Made by a program: the position numbers and the translations under genes | Notes under the pieces: model-generated | What the model was told of the DNA's origin: nothing | The model's input: only the letters and a program-made list of their open reading frames with translations | Database searches by the model: none | Shown here: in pieces, positions 8,793-17,602 of the stretch | Position numbering within the stretch: position 1 is the stretch's first letter | Layout of the letters: each line of letters begins with the position of its first letter | Origin: a virus | Lineage: Duplodnaviria; Heunggongvirae; Uroviricota; Caudoviricetes | Reading direction: 5' to 3' (one strand) | Length of the DNA: 34,596 bases | Virus record (IMG/VR): IMGVR_UViG_2541047860_000003 | Coordinates: 1 to 34,596 of that record

Positions 8793-9723
8793 ATTAACCG
8801 GCTATGTATGGGATGGTTGCGCTGCATCAGGCATGAAATTATCCAGCGTGGCAATTATGGCCCGCCTGGCTGATTTCAGTAATGACGAAGGTGTGTGCTG
8901 GCCATCAATTGAAACCATTGCCCGCCAGATTGGCGCGGGAATGAGTACCGTCAGAACGGCTATCGCACGGCTGGAAGCAGAAGGCTGGTTAACGCGTAAG
9001 GCGCGTCGCCAGGGTAACCGCAATGCGTCGAATGTTTATCAGCTTAACGTTGCGAAGCTTCAGGCAGCGGCATTTTCTCAACTGTCAGATTCTGACCCGT
9101 CAAAATCTGACGCATCAAAATCTGACCCGTCAAAATTTGATGCGTCGAAATCTGGCAAAAAAGCGGGTTTTCACCCGTCAGAATCTGGCGGGGATCCGTC
9201 AGTAAAATCAAAACATGATCCGTCAGATAAAAAACCTTCTCGTCCGGACGCTTCGCAACCGGACACGCAGACGGCTGAACAGGAGTTTTTAACTCGCCAT
9301 CCTGATGCGGTTGTATTCAGCCCTAAAAAGCGCCAGTGGGGAACGCAGGATGATTTGACCTGCGCACAGTGGCTCTGGAAAAAAATCATCGCCCTGTACG
9401 AGCAGGCCGCCGAATGTGACGGCGAGGTGGTTCGTCCCAAAGAACCGAACTGGACAGCCTGGGCAAACGAAATTCGCCTGATGTGTGTGCAGGATGGTCG
9501 TACTCATAAACAAATCTGCGAGATGTACAGCCGCGTCAGTCGCGATCCGTTCTGGTGCCGTAACGTGCTCAGCCCGTCGAAGCTGCGGGAAAAATGGGAT
9601 GAGCTTTCCCTGCGCTTATCGCCGTCCGTCAGCACGTACACCGAAAAACGCGAAGACCCGTACTTCAAAGCCAGTTACGACAACGTGGACTACAGCCAGA
9701 TCCCGGCAGGATTCAGGGGGTGA
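8782..9723 (+). CDS. Replication initiator, lambda O-like (HTH N-domain, repeat linker)
   Basis: 313-aa ORF; N-terminal winged-helix region (GMSTVRTAIARLEAEGWLTRKAR); internal tandem 15-bp repeats encoding SDPSK/SDASK as in iteron-bearing O-type genes. Confidence 0.7.
   Translation: MSTKLTGYVWDGCAASGMKLSSVAIMARLADFSNDEGVCWPSIETIARQIGAGMSTVRTAIARLEAEGWLTRKARRQGNRNASNVYQLNVAKLQAAAFSQLSDSDPSKSDASKSDPSKFDASKSGKKAGFHPSESGGDPSVKSKHDPSDKKPSRPDASQPDTQTAEQEFLTRHPDAVVFSPKKRQWGTQDDLTCAQWLWKKIIALYEQAAECDGEVVRPKEPNWTAWANEIRLMCVQDGRTHKQICEMYSRVSRDPFWCRNVLSPSKLREKWDELSLRLSPSVSTYTEKREDPYFKASYDNVDYSQIPAGFRG
9091..9150. repeat. Four tandem 15-bp iterons inside the O-like gene (putative phage ori)
   Basis: TCTGACCCGTCAAAA / TCTGACGCATCAAAA / TCTGACCCGTCAAAA / TTTGATGCGTCGAAA in tandem, followed by further CCGTCAG copies and an A-rich stretch to about 9240. 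Confidence 0.5.
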
Positions 9724-9725
9724 TC

Positions 9726-10214
9726 ATGAGTCTTTTGAATGACGTTCAGAAATTCATTGAAGCCCATCCGGGGTGTACTTCCGGAGACATTGCGGATGCT
9801 TTTGCAGGTTACTCACGACAGCGCGTTCTGCAGTCAGCAAGCAAGTTACGTCAGAGTGGGCGTGTGGCTCACCGTTGTGAAGGGGATACACGCAGACATT
9901 TCCCGCGGCTGACTGAGATACCGCAGGAGCCGGAACCGCAACCAGTTCGTGAATCCAGACCTGTGCGCAATTTCTATGTCGGCACTAACGATCCCCGGGT
10001 GATTTTGTGCCTGACCCGCCAGGCGGAAGAACTGGAGTCCAGGGGCTTATACCGTCGTGCTGCAACGGTGTGGATGGCGGCATTCCGTGAAAGCCACTCC
10101 CAGCAAGAGCGAAACAATTTTCTTGCGCGTCGTGAGCGGTGTTTACGGAAAAGCAGCAAGCGCGCTGTATCGGGTGAAGAGTGGTATCTGTCAGGGAATT
10201 ACGTGGGGGCTTAA
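9726..10214 (+). CDS. PerC-like transcriptional regulator
   Basis: C-terminal LESRGLYRRAATVWMAAFRESHSQQERNNFLARRERCLRK resembles the PerC/Pch motif as recalled; stop overlaps the next gene start (TAATG). Confidence 0.45.
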   Translation: MSLLNDVQKFIEAHPGCTSGDIADAFAGYSRQRVLQSASKLRQSGRVAHRCEGDTRRHFPRLTEIPQEPEPQPVRESRPVRNFYVGTNDPRVILCLTRQAEELESRGLYRRAATVWMAAFRESHSQQERNNFLARRERCLRKSSKRAVSGEEWYLSGNYVGA

Positions 10215-10540
10215 TGACGACGTTAACTCAATGCCAGCAGCAGGTGCTGGATATGCTGATTTCTTACCAGAAAGAACGTGGCTTCCCGCCAACCAATCAG
10301 GAGGTGGCTACCATGCTGGGATACCGTTCAGTGAATGCAGCGGTGGAGCATCTTCGCGCACTGGAGAAAAAAGGCGTCATCACGATAAAGCGTGGCGTGG
10401 CCCGGGGCATCACGCTTCATACCGCGGTGAAGGACGACGACAGCGAGGTGGCCGGGATTATCCGCGCACTGCTTGCTGGTGAGGAAAACGCCAGGCTGCG
10501 TGCAGCCCACTGGTTACATGAGAGGGGGCTGAAAGTATGA
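10214..10540 (+). CDS. LexA N-terminal DNA-binding-domain protein (no peptidase domain)
   Basis: TARQQEV/DMLISY...GFPPTNQEVATMLGYRSVNAAVEHLRALEKKGVITIKRGVARGITL aligns with the LexA winged-helix N-domain; the ORF ends after about 108 aa with no S24 domain. Confidence 0.6.
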   Translation: MTTLTQCQQQVLDMLISYQKERGFPPTNQEVATMLGYRSVNAAVEHLRALEKKGVITIKRGVARGITLHTAVKDDDSEVAGIIRALLAGEENARLRAAHWLHERGLKV

Positions 10541-10926
10541 AGCTGATTCTGCCTTTTCCACCCAGCGTGAACACCTACTGGCGACACCCCAACAAAGGGG
10601 CATTTGCTGGTAAGAGCCTGATAAGCGCGGCGGGGCGAAAATTCCAGAGTGCGGCGTGCACAGCAATAGTTGAGCAGTTACGTCGTCTGCCGAAACCAAC
10701 GTCGGCACCTGCTTCAGTGGAGATCGTGTTGTTTCCTCCGGATAACCGGATCCGCGATCTGGACAACTATAACAAGGCGCTGTTTGACGCCCTGACCCAC
10801 GCGGGTGTGTGGGAAGACGACAGTCAGGTGAAAAGAATGCTGGTGGAGTGGGGACCGGTTATCCCGGAAGGGAAGGTCGAGATCACTATCAGTAAGTACG
10901 AGAAAACGGCGGGTGCAGCCGCCTGA
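10537..10926 (+). CDS. rusA: RusA Holliday junction resolvase
   Basis: LPFPPSVNTYWRH...DLDNYNKALFDALTHAGVWEDDSQV matches RusA catalytic-region hallmarks. Confidence 0.85.
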   Translation: MKLILPFPPSVNTYWRHPNKGAFAGKSLISAAGRKFQSAACTAIVEQLRRLPKPTSAPASVEIVLFPPDNRIRDLDNYNKALFDALTHAGVWEDDSQVKRMLVEWGPVIPEGKVEITISKYEKTAGAAA

Positions 10927-10945
10927 TCAAGAGGAGAAACGAAGT

Positions 10946-11743
10946 ATGAATAATCTGATGGTCATTGATGGTATTGAAGTTCGTCGTGATGCTTTTGGGC
11001 GTTACAGCCTGAACGATCTGCACAGGGCTGCCGGTTCTCTGGATAAGCATAAGCCTGCATTCTGGCTCCGCAATGAGCAAACTGAACGTTTAATAAGCGA
11101 GTTGCAGATTTGCAACTCGGTCAATATAGAGCCAGTTAACGTTATTCGTGGCGGAAATAACCAGGGGACGTATGTCTGCAAAGAACTGGTGTATGCCTAT
11201 GCAATGTGGATCAGCCCGTCATTCCATCTGAAGGTGATCCGTACTTTCGACATGGTAACCAGCGCACCGGAAAAATTATCCGGACAGGCTGCTGACAAGA
11301 TGCAGGCTGGTGTGATTCTGCTGGACTTTATGCGCCGGGAATTAAACCTGTCTAACTCTTCAGTGCTTGGGGCCTGTCAGAAACTCCAGGAGGCTGTTGG
11401 CTTACCGAATCTGGCACCGCGCTATGCCATTGATGCTCCTGCTGACGCGCCTGATGGCTCAAGTCGCCCTACGCTGTCGCTGAGTGCACTGCTGAAACAG
11501 TATGGTATCCGCCTTACGGCTAATCAGGCATATCACCAGATGGCGAAGCTGGGGATCGTCGAACAGCGCGAACGATACAGCCGTACAGCGATTAACAACA
11601 TCAAAAAATTCTGGTCGCTGACGGCGAAAGGCTGCATGTTCGGCAAGAACATCACCAGTCCCGCAAATCCGCGCGAGACGCAGCCGCATTTCTTCGAATC
11701 CCGATTCCCTGAGCTGTTAAAGCTGCTCGATACCGTTCATTGA
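10946..11743 (+). CDS. KilA-N domain antirepressor-like protein
   Basis: N-terminal KilA-N-like region (MVIDGIEVRRDAFGRYSLNDLHRAAG...YVCKELVYAYAMWISPSFHLKV); ATG at 10946 after GAGGAG. Confidence 0.65.
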   Translation: MNNLMVIDGIEVRRDAFGRYSLNDLHRAAGSLDKHKPAFWLRNEQTERLISELQICNSVNIEPVNVIRGGNNQGTYVCKELVYAYAMWISPSFHLKVIRTFDMVTSAPEKLSGQAADKMQAGVILLDFMRRELNLSNSSVLGACQKLQEAVGLPNLAPRYAIDAPADAPDGSSRPTLSLSALLKQYGIRLTANQAYHQMAKLGIVEQRERYSRTAINNIKKFWSLTAKGCMFGKNITSPANPRETQPHFFESRFPELLKLLDTVH

Positions 11744-11744
11744 G

Positions 11745-12740
11745 GTGACTGTGAGAGCACTACTGACCCCTGAAATTGCCCCGCGTATGGGGATCGTATT
11801 GTTCAGACCTGGTTCAGAGCTGATGCCCCTGTTTATGCAGGGGCGTGTCCTGCTGGAGCCTGAGCCGGAACGTTATTCATCTTTCGCCAGCGGTGCCGTT
11901 CCGGCGGCATCACAACCGCTGGCGGATGATCCTGCCGTTCGGGCCGTGTTCCGCAATGAGGCAGTGATCCGTCGTGCTGGTGGCGTGGAATGTCTTGAAA
12001 GCTGGTTACTTCGTGAAAAAGGCTGCCAGTGGCCTCATTCCGACTGGCACAGCGAGAACATGACCACAATGCGACACGCTCCGGGTGCAATCCGTCTGTG
12101 CTGGCACTGCGATAACCAGCTGCGCGATCAGTTCACGGAACGGCTGGAATCAATGGCAACGGATAACTGTGCCCGCTGGGTGTTGTCTGTTGTGCGTCGG
12201 GATCTCGGTTTTGATGACAGTCACGTTGTGACAATGCCGGAACTGTGCTGGTGGCTGATTCGTAATGACCTGGCGGATGCCTTACCGGAAAGTGCAGCCC
12301 GTAAGGCACTGAGATTACCGAAGCCTGTTGTGCCGTCTGTCACCCGGGAAAGTGACCTTGTGCCTTCGGTTCCTGCCACCAGCATCATCCAGGATAAGGC
12401 AAAAAAGGTGCTGGCGCTGAAAGTGGATCCGGAGTCGCCGGAGTCTTTTATGTTACGCCCAAAACGTCGCCGCTGGGTTAATGAAAAGTACACGCGCTGG
12501 GTTAAGACACAGCCGTGTGCATGTTGTGGAAAGCCCGCTGATGATCCCCACCACCTGATAGGCCACGGTCAGGGGGGAATGGGTACAAAAGCGCATGACC
12601 TCTTTGTGTTGCCTTTGTGCAGAAAGCATCACGACGAGCTGCATGCGGATACCGTGGCATTTGAAGAGAAGTATGGCTCCCAGCTGGAGCTGATATTTCG
12701 TTTTATCGATCGTGCGCTGGCAATTGGCGTGCTGGCCTGA
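11745..12740 (+). CDS. DUF968-type phage protein with C-terminal HNH-like zinc motif
   Basis: C-terminal CACCGKPADDPHHLIGHGQGGMGTKAHDLFVLPLCRKHHDELH pattern recalled for DUF968 nin-region proteins. Confidence 0.6.
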   Translation: MTVRALLTPEIAPRMGIVLFRPGSELMPLFMQGRVLLEPEPERYSSFASGAVPAASQPLADDPAVRAVFRNEAVIRRAGGVECLESWLLREKGCQWPHSDWHSENMTTMRHAPGAIRLCWHCDNQLRDQFTERLESMATDNCARWVLSVVRRDLGFDDSHVVTMPELCWWLIRNDLADALPESAARKALRLPKPVVPSVTRESDLVPSVPATSIIQDKAKKVLALKVDPESPESFMLRPKRRRWVNEKYTRWVKTQPCACCGKPADDPHHLIGHGQGGMGTKAHDLFVLPLCRKHHDELHADTVAFEEKYGSQLELIFRFIDRALAIGVLA

Positions 12741-12757
12741 TCTTGTGGAGAAAGTTG

Positions 12758-13135
12758 ATGCGTGATATTCAAATGGTTCTGGATCGTTGGGGAGCATGGG
12801 CGGCGAGTGATAGTTCAGGAGTAGACTATTCTCCTATAGCTGCTGGGTTTAAAGGGCTTCTTCCCTATACAAGCAAAACACGTCAGGCATGTTCAGATAG
12901 TGATGCATTAATTATTGAAAGTTGTCTTGCTCGTCTAAGGCAAAAAAGGCCGGACGAACATTCGCTTCTTGTTGCCCATTATCTATACGGTATCTCTAAA
13001 AGAAAGCTCGCCAAGGCTCGTAAAAAGGATGAGAAACTAATACGCATTGAGATACAGATGGCTGAGGGGTTTATTGATGGCTGCCTATCGATGTTGGAAA
13101 TTAGTCTAGAGATGGACCCCGAAGTTAAAGATTGA
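12758..13135 (+). CDS. Late-gene antiterminator Q (QuuD / phage 21-type)
   Basis: MRDIQMVLDRWGAWAASD...IAAGFKGLLPY matches the QuuD-type Q N-terminus as recalled; ATG at 12758 after GGAG SD. Confidence 0.75.
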   Translation: MRDIQMVLDRWGAWAASDSSGVDYSPIAAGFKGLLPYTSKTRQACSDSDALIIESCLARLRQKRPDEHSLLVAHYLYGISKRKLAKARKKDEKLIRIEIQMAEGFIDGCLSMLEISLEMDPEVKD

Positions 13136-13141
13136 TTATTG

Positions 13142-13164
13142 AAGCCCGATTACTCGGGCTTTTG
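13142..13164. terminator. Hairpin terminator shared by Q (+) and the convergent 339-aa gene (-)
   Basis: AAGCCCGA-TTAC-TCGGGCTT followed by TTTG on the plus strand; the 339-aa gene stop codon lies in the loop. Confidence 0.6.
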
Positions 13165-14169
13165 TTCCACATCTCGAACATAGAGAATTACTGCTGACTT
13201 AATGTCACCATCGACGTGTTTTGCGTTAATGCTCAAATGTACAGGCTTTCTTTCCCACTCAGCTCGCTGCAATGCTTCTTTGTTTCCGGATTCATCAAGG
13301 AAAACATCCTGAACTACGCAGGTTAGACGTTGGTCGGTATCTACGCGTCGGACCTTAACTTTGAAACTCTCTGGGTCAGTATTATTGACTTCTTCAATTC
13401 GGTAAATACCATCAATCCTCATTTCTGATGAACGTCTACGAGCATTCGTAACCAACTCTTTCGCCATTTCAGAATCAATAGTAACGCCATCAATTTGAGC
13501 GTTATCTGAACGCACAAAGGATTTGACCATTTGGGTTTTAGCGTCATACGACATACGGTCCATGTTATCGAGAAGTGGTTTTTCCGCAATCATTTCTGAA
13601 ATAACCCGCAGGCGTTTAGTTTCTTGTTCGCTCATGATCTGCATAGTCCGGAGATGTTCTTTCTCTCCATCCTTAGCAATTTCTGCAAGGCGAATATCTT
13701 TGCGGTTGTCCAAGAACCGTTTAAATACTGTTACTCCGCCCCAGATGACTGCTGCGCCGAGAACAGTAAACATGATCTCAGTTGCGTTCATTTTACCAAC
13801 AAGTTCCTGTGTGAGTTTGGTTAAAAAGCCATCAATATTGATTTCTACTATTGAAGAACCTTGTTCTACCGTAACTTCTATTTCTAGGGCATCAAGTTCT
13901 TCTTTGGTCAGTTTGCGGACGTCAGGGACACCGTACTTGGCAAGGGCATATGATTTGTTGATTTGAGCTTGCATTTCAACAAATCCCTTCATAACTGAAG
14001 GTGTTAGCGATCTGTTGAATTTTTCACCGGTTAATCTGATGGTAAGGTTTGGCCATCCGTTGAAACTTAAACTGTCAGGTAAACCATAACCATCAAGATA
14101 GCTTTCAAGCAAATCGAAGGCTTGCTGCTCAGATTCAATGTCTACATGAATCTCATCAAACTTATCCAA
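13150..14169 (-). CDS. Hypothetical 339-aa single-pass membrane protein (reverse-oriented cargo between Q and lysis genes)
   Basis: Long ORF on the opposite strand to all flanking late genes; TTG start preceded by GAGGA with 7-nt spacer; one hydrophobic segment near the middle (ATEIMFTVLGAAVIWGGVTVF); AT-richer than neighbours; no recognisable catalytic motif. Confidence 0.6.
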   Translation of the reverse strand: MDKFDEIHVDIESEQQAFDLLESYLDGYGLPDSLSFNGWPNLTIRLTGEKFNRSLTPSVMKGFVEMQAQINKSYALAKYGVPDVRKLTKEELDALEIEVTVEQGSSIVEINIDGFLTKLTQELVGKMNATEIMFTVLGAAVIWGGVTVFKRFLDNRKDIRLAEIAKDGEKEHLRTMQIMSEQETKRLRVISEMIAEKPLLDNMDRMSYDAKTQMVKSFVRSDNAQIDGVTIDSEMAKELVTNARRRSSEMRIDGIYRIEEVNNTDPESFKVKVRRVDTDQRLTCVVQDVFLDESGNKEALQRAEWERKPVHLSINAKHVDGDIKSAVILYVRDVEQKPE

Positions 14170-14341
14170 AAGTATGTCCTCATTCTAAGCCAACTGTCAC
14201 CGTGAGGTTTGGCAACGCCTGCTTTATTTTTCGTTTTAAGCTGTGTGGCAAAAAAATAATGGAAAAACAGATAAAAATCACTAACGCGGTCCGCATTTTC
14301 TAGATTACTGTGTTAAGAGTGGTTACTTCGCCACGCAGCTT

Positions 14342-14366
14342 AAACCCGCCGTCGAGCGGGTTTTGT
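14342..14366 (+). terminator. tR'-like terminator downstream of the presumed late promoter
   Basis: AAACCCGC-CGTCGA-GCGGGTTT followed by TTTGTC, about 150 bp upstream of the holin; PR' -35/-10 elements could not be placed with confidence. Confidence 0.45.
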
Positions 14367-14515
14367 CATTTCTGGGCCTTGGTATTCGTTGGGCTTGGTC
14401 TCTCTAGTACTTATCCATTGGCTCGGCTTCTTTTACGTTTCCGCTTCTGGTTTGCGGTTCGTGGTACTCCCTCAATTTGCACCTCCTGTATCGGCGAGGT
14501 GAGAGATAACTACAA

Positions 14516-14842
14516 ATGCCTCATAACCCAAATACTTGGCTGGAGTTGGTCCAGAGCTGGTGGCGTGGAGACACGCCGCTGGGCGCAGTAATTATGTCGA
14601 TCGTTATGGCTGGCTTGCGCATTGCCTATTTTGGCGGTGGTGGTGGCTGGAAGCGAAAAACGCTCGAGATTTTGCTCTGTGGCGCTCTGACACTGACTTT
14701 TGCATCCGCTCTTGAGTATGTCGGATGGCCTAAATCACTTTCTGTTGCCATTGGTGGTGGAGTGGGGCTGATCGGTGTCGATGCTATTCGTGGGGCAGCA
14801 ATGCGAGTAATCGGTAACAAATTTGGTGGCTCTAAGGAGTAA
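14516..14842 (+). CDS. Holin (lambda S-like topology)
   Basis: 108 aa with hydrophobic helices, a GGGGG turn and a charged C-terminus; immediately precedes the R-Rz-Rz1 genes. Confidence 0.6.
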   Translation: MPHNPNTWLELVQSWWRGDTPLGAVIMSIVMAGLRIAYFGGGGGWKRKTLEILLCGALTLTFASALEYVGWPKSLSVAIGGGVGLIGVDAIRGAAMRVIGNKFGGSKE

Positions 14843-14845
14843 TTT

Positions 14846-15322
14846 ATGCAGGTACTAAATTCCCAGCGTAAAGCTTTCCTTGATATGGTGGCTTGGTCAG
14901 AAGGAACGGATAACGGGCGACAACCGACACGTAACCACGGTTATGATGTTATTGTTGGTGGCAAACTGTTCACTGATTACTCCGATCACCCTCGCAAACT
15001 TGTCACGCTAAACCCCAAACTCAAATCAACAGCCGCCGGACGTTACCAGCTTCTTTCACGCTGGTGGGATGCCTACCGTAAGCAGCTTGCTCTGAAAGAC
15101 TTCTCTCCGAAAAGCCAGGACGCTGTGGCATTGCAGCAGATTAAGGAGCGTGGCGCTTTACCGATGATTGATCGCGGTGATATTCGTCAGGCAATTGACC
15201 GTTGCAGCAATATCTGGGCTTCACTGCCGGGCGCTGGTTATGGTCAGTTCGAGCATAAGGCTGACAGCCTGATTGCAAAATTCAAAGAAGCAGGCGGAAC
15301 GGTCAGAGAGATTGAGGTATGA
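14846..15322 (+). CDS. Endolysin, lambda R-type lytic transglycosylase
   Basis: 158 aa; [35 protein letters not shown]...[20 protein letters not shown] is near-identical to lambda R as I recall it. Confidence 0.9.
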   Translation: MQVLNSQRKAFLDMVAWSEGTDNGRQPTRNHGYDVIVGGKLFTDYSDHPRKLVTLNPKLKSTAAGRYQLLSRWWDAYRKQLALKDFSPKSQDAVALQQIKERGALPMIDRGDIRQAIDRCSNIWASLPGAGYGQFEHKADSLIAKFKEAGGTVREIEV

Positions 15323-15780
15323 GCAGAGTAACGGCGATTATTTCCGCTCTGGTTATCTGCATCATCGTTTGCTTGTCATGGGCTGTTAATCATTACCGCG
15401 ATAACGCCATTACCTACAAAGCCCAGCTCGACAAAAATGCCAGAGAACTGAAGCTGGCGAACTCGACAATTACTGACATGCAGATGCGTCAGCGTGATGT
15501 TGCTGCGCTCGATGCAAAATACACGAAGGAGTTAGCTGATGCGAAAGCTGAAAATGATGCTCTGCGTGATGATGTTGCCGCTGGTCGTCGTCGGTTGCAC
15601 ATCAAAGCAGTCTGTCAGTCAGTGCGTGAAGCCACCACCGCCTCCGGCGTGGATAATGCAGCCTCCCCCCGACTGGCAGACACCGCTGAACGGGATTATT
15701 TCACCCTCAGAGAGAGGCTGATCACTATGCAAAAACAACTGGAAGGAACCCAGAAGTATATTAATGAGCAGTGCAGATAG
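15319..15780 (+). CDS. Rz i-spanin
   Basis: N-terminal TM segment plus coiled-coil; close to lambda Rz; start overlaps the R stop. Confidence 0.85.
   Translation: MSRVTAIISALVICIIVCLSWAVNHYRDNAITYKAQLDKNARELKLANSTITDMQMRQRDVAALDAKYTKELADAKAENDALRDDVAAGRRRLHIKAVCQSVREATTASGVDNAASPRLADTAERDYFTLRERLITMQKQLEGTQKYINEQCR
15539..15721 (+). CDS. Rz1 o-spanin lipoprotein (embedded in Rz, +1 frame)
   Basis: Lipobox LVVVGC followed by the Pro-rich [21 protein letters not shown] stretch characteristic of lambda Rz1. Confidence 0.8.
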   Translation: MRKLKMMLCVMMLPLVVVGCTSKQSVSQCVKPPPPPAWIMQPPPDWQTPLNGIISPSERG

Positions 15781-15811
15781 CGCTGCCCATATCGATGGGC
15801 AACTCATGCAA

Positions 15812-16105
15812 TTATTGTGAGCAATACACCCGCGCTTCCAGCGGAGTATAAATGCCTAAAGTAATAAAACCGAGCAATCCATTTACGAATGTTTGCTGGG
15901 TTTCTGTTTTAACCACATTTTCTGCGCCGCCACAAATTTTGGCTGCATCAACAGTTTTCTCCTGTCCAATTCCCGAAACGAAGAAATGATGGGTGATGGT
16001 TTCCTTTGGTGTTACTGCTGTCGGTTTGTTTCCAACAGTAAACGTCTGTTGAGCACATCCTGTAATAAGCATTGCCAGAGCGGCAGAAAACAACATTTTT
16101 TTCAT
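15812..16105 (-). CDS. bor: Bor lipoprotein (serum-resistance moron)
   Basis: 97 aa from ATG at 16105 (AGGA SD); MKKMLFSAALAMLITGCAQQTFTV...EARVYCSQ matches lambda Bor. Confidence 0.85.
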   Translation of the reverse strand: MKKMLFSAALAMLITGCAQQTFTVGNKPTAVTPKETITHHFFVSGIGQEKTVDAAKICGGAENVVKTETQQTFVNGLLGFITLGIYTPLEARVYCSQ

Positions 16106-16285
16106 CTTATTATCCTGCATTGTTAAAAACGGCAGAATCCTATGTGACAACAATTAAACGATAGTTAAATGGATTGATGAAAATTAAAACTATATAGGTG
16201 TACGGTCAGACTATTGGAGGTAGTCAGGATTTGAATGTCAGTCTGTTGTCGGCATTCTGGCAATGCAATTTGGATAAAGCGGGGA

Positions 16286-16408
16286 TTAAAAAGATAGAGG
16301 CGAGCCGGTCAGGTAGAAATGACTCAGGCTCAAAGTGAAGCGGAAAAGGTCTGTGGCACAAGCTGATGCAGCCATAATTACAGCCTGATGATTTGTGGAA
16401 TGAAACAT
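16286..16408 (-). CDS. Possible 40-aa small ORF with strong SD
   Basis: ATG preceded by AAGGAGG with 6-nt spacer; MFHSTNHQAVIMAASACATDLFRFTLSLSHFYLTGSPLSF; not in the ORF track (below 60 aa); speculative. Confidence 0.25.
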   Translation of the reverse strand: MFHSTNHQAVIMAASACATDLFRFTLSLSHFYLTGSPLSF

Positions 16409-16630
16409 GTTGAACCTCCTTAATTGATGTTATTCGAGTGATGAAGGCATTCTGTCCTTCTATAGTGTCCAGTAAATCAAACAGGAAACTTGTCCAACGT
16501 GTTGGACAAGCCTCTCCATTAGTGAGTTGTATTGATCACAACTCTACAAAGAATTCATTACTGGGTAGATGAAAATAGTTTCACGATGAATGGAGGAGGC
16601 TATGTCGGTGGCTTCTTCATTGGAGTACAT

Positions 16631-16981
16631 ATGCCATCACGAATCCCAAAAGCCTGCCGTGTTCGTGGCTGCCGCCATACCACCACAGACCCGTCAGGCT
16701 ACTGCGAAAGCCACAAAAGCGAAGGCTGGAGGCAATACAAGCCAGGCCAGTCCCGTCATCAGCGCGGCTACGGTTCGAAATGGGATGCTATCCGTGAACG
16801 TGTACTGAAGCGTGACAAAGGCCTGTGTCAGTTATGTCTGCGTGGTGGTGTGGTACGTGAGGCGAAAACCGTTGACCACATCATCCCTAAAGCGCATGGC
16901 GGTACAGATGCCGACAGTAATCAGCAGAGCCTGTGCTGGCCGTGCCATAAGGCGAAGACGGCCCGTGAACGGTTGAAGTGA
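16631..16981 (+). CDS. HNH endonuclease (packaging-associated)
   Basis: CQLCLRGGVVREAKTVDHIIPKAHGGTDADSNQQSLCWPCHKAKT HNH/zinc motif; directly upstream of terminase genes as in HK97-type packaging modules; ATG at 16631 after GGAG. Confidence 0.75.
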   Translation: MPSRIPKACRVRGCRHTTTDPSGYCESHKSEGWRQYKPGQSRHQRGYGSKWDAIRERVLKRDKGLCQLCLRGGVVREAKTVDHIIPKAHGGTDADSNQQSLCWPCHKAKTARERLK

Positions 16982-17107
16982 TAATAATTCTCAACTGTCT
17001 GCGAGGGAGGGGCGGGTCAAATCCCTGTGACCTGACGTCTTCCGGACTGCCCGCCCCATCGTTTTTTTATACCCGCGAAAAATGAAATTTAACCAGGAGT
17101 GCCGCAT

Positions 17108-17602
17108 ATGGCTGGAACGGCGGGGCGTTCCGGGCGTCGCCCCAAGCCAACGGCGCGCAAGGCGCTGGCCGGAAACCCCGGCAAGCGAGCCCTGAATAAA
17201 GATGAACCTGTTTTTACGCCCATCAAAGGTGTTGAGCCACCGGAGTGGTTCGCTGAAGAAGATCTCCCTCTCGCTACGATCATGTGGCAACTGACAACTA
17301 AAGAACTCTGCGGTCAGGGCCTGCTGTGCGTGACTGACCTCGCGGTGCTTGAGCGGTGGTGCGTGGCCTACGAGTTCTGGCGACGTGCCGTGAAAAATAT
17401 TGCCAGACAGGGCAACACCATCACCGGTGCAATGGGCGGTATGGTCAAAAATCCGGAGCTGACCGCCAAAAAAGAACAGGAGTCCGAGATGAGCAGTACG
17501 GGGGCAATGCTCGGACTCGACCCCAGCAGCCGCCAGCGTCTGATTGGCCTGGCGGGGCAGAAGAAAGCCACTAACCCGTTTCTGAAAATCATCGAATCAT
17601 GA
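17108..17602 (+). CDS. Terminase small subunit (P27-like)
   Basis: 165 aa, basic N-terminus ([22 protein letters not shown]) typical of P27-family TerS; AGGAG SD; immediately upstream of TerL. Confidence 0.65.
   Translation: MAGTAGRSGRRPKPTARKALAGNPGKRALNKDEPVFTPIKGVEPPEWFAEEDLPLATIMWQLTTKELCGQGLLCVTDLAVLERWCVAYEFWRRAVKNIARQGNTITGAMGGMVKNPELTAKKEQESEMSSTGAMLGLDPSSRQRLIGLAGQKKATNPFLKIIES

Noticed and set aside
14367-14515. tRNA genes between Q and the holin, as in some Stx phages
   Set aside because: No cloverleaf-like sequence with a T-loop (GGTTCGA-type) or anticodon stem was visible on inspection; a tRNA-scan run would be needed for certainty.
14310-14591. 93-aa ORF spanning the tR'-like terminator and the holin start
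   Set aside because: It overlaps a clear intrinsic terminator and the holin start region; most likely the late-promoter leader rather than a gene.
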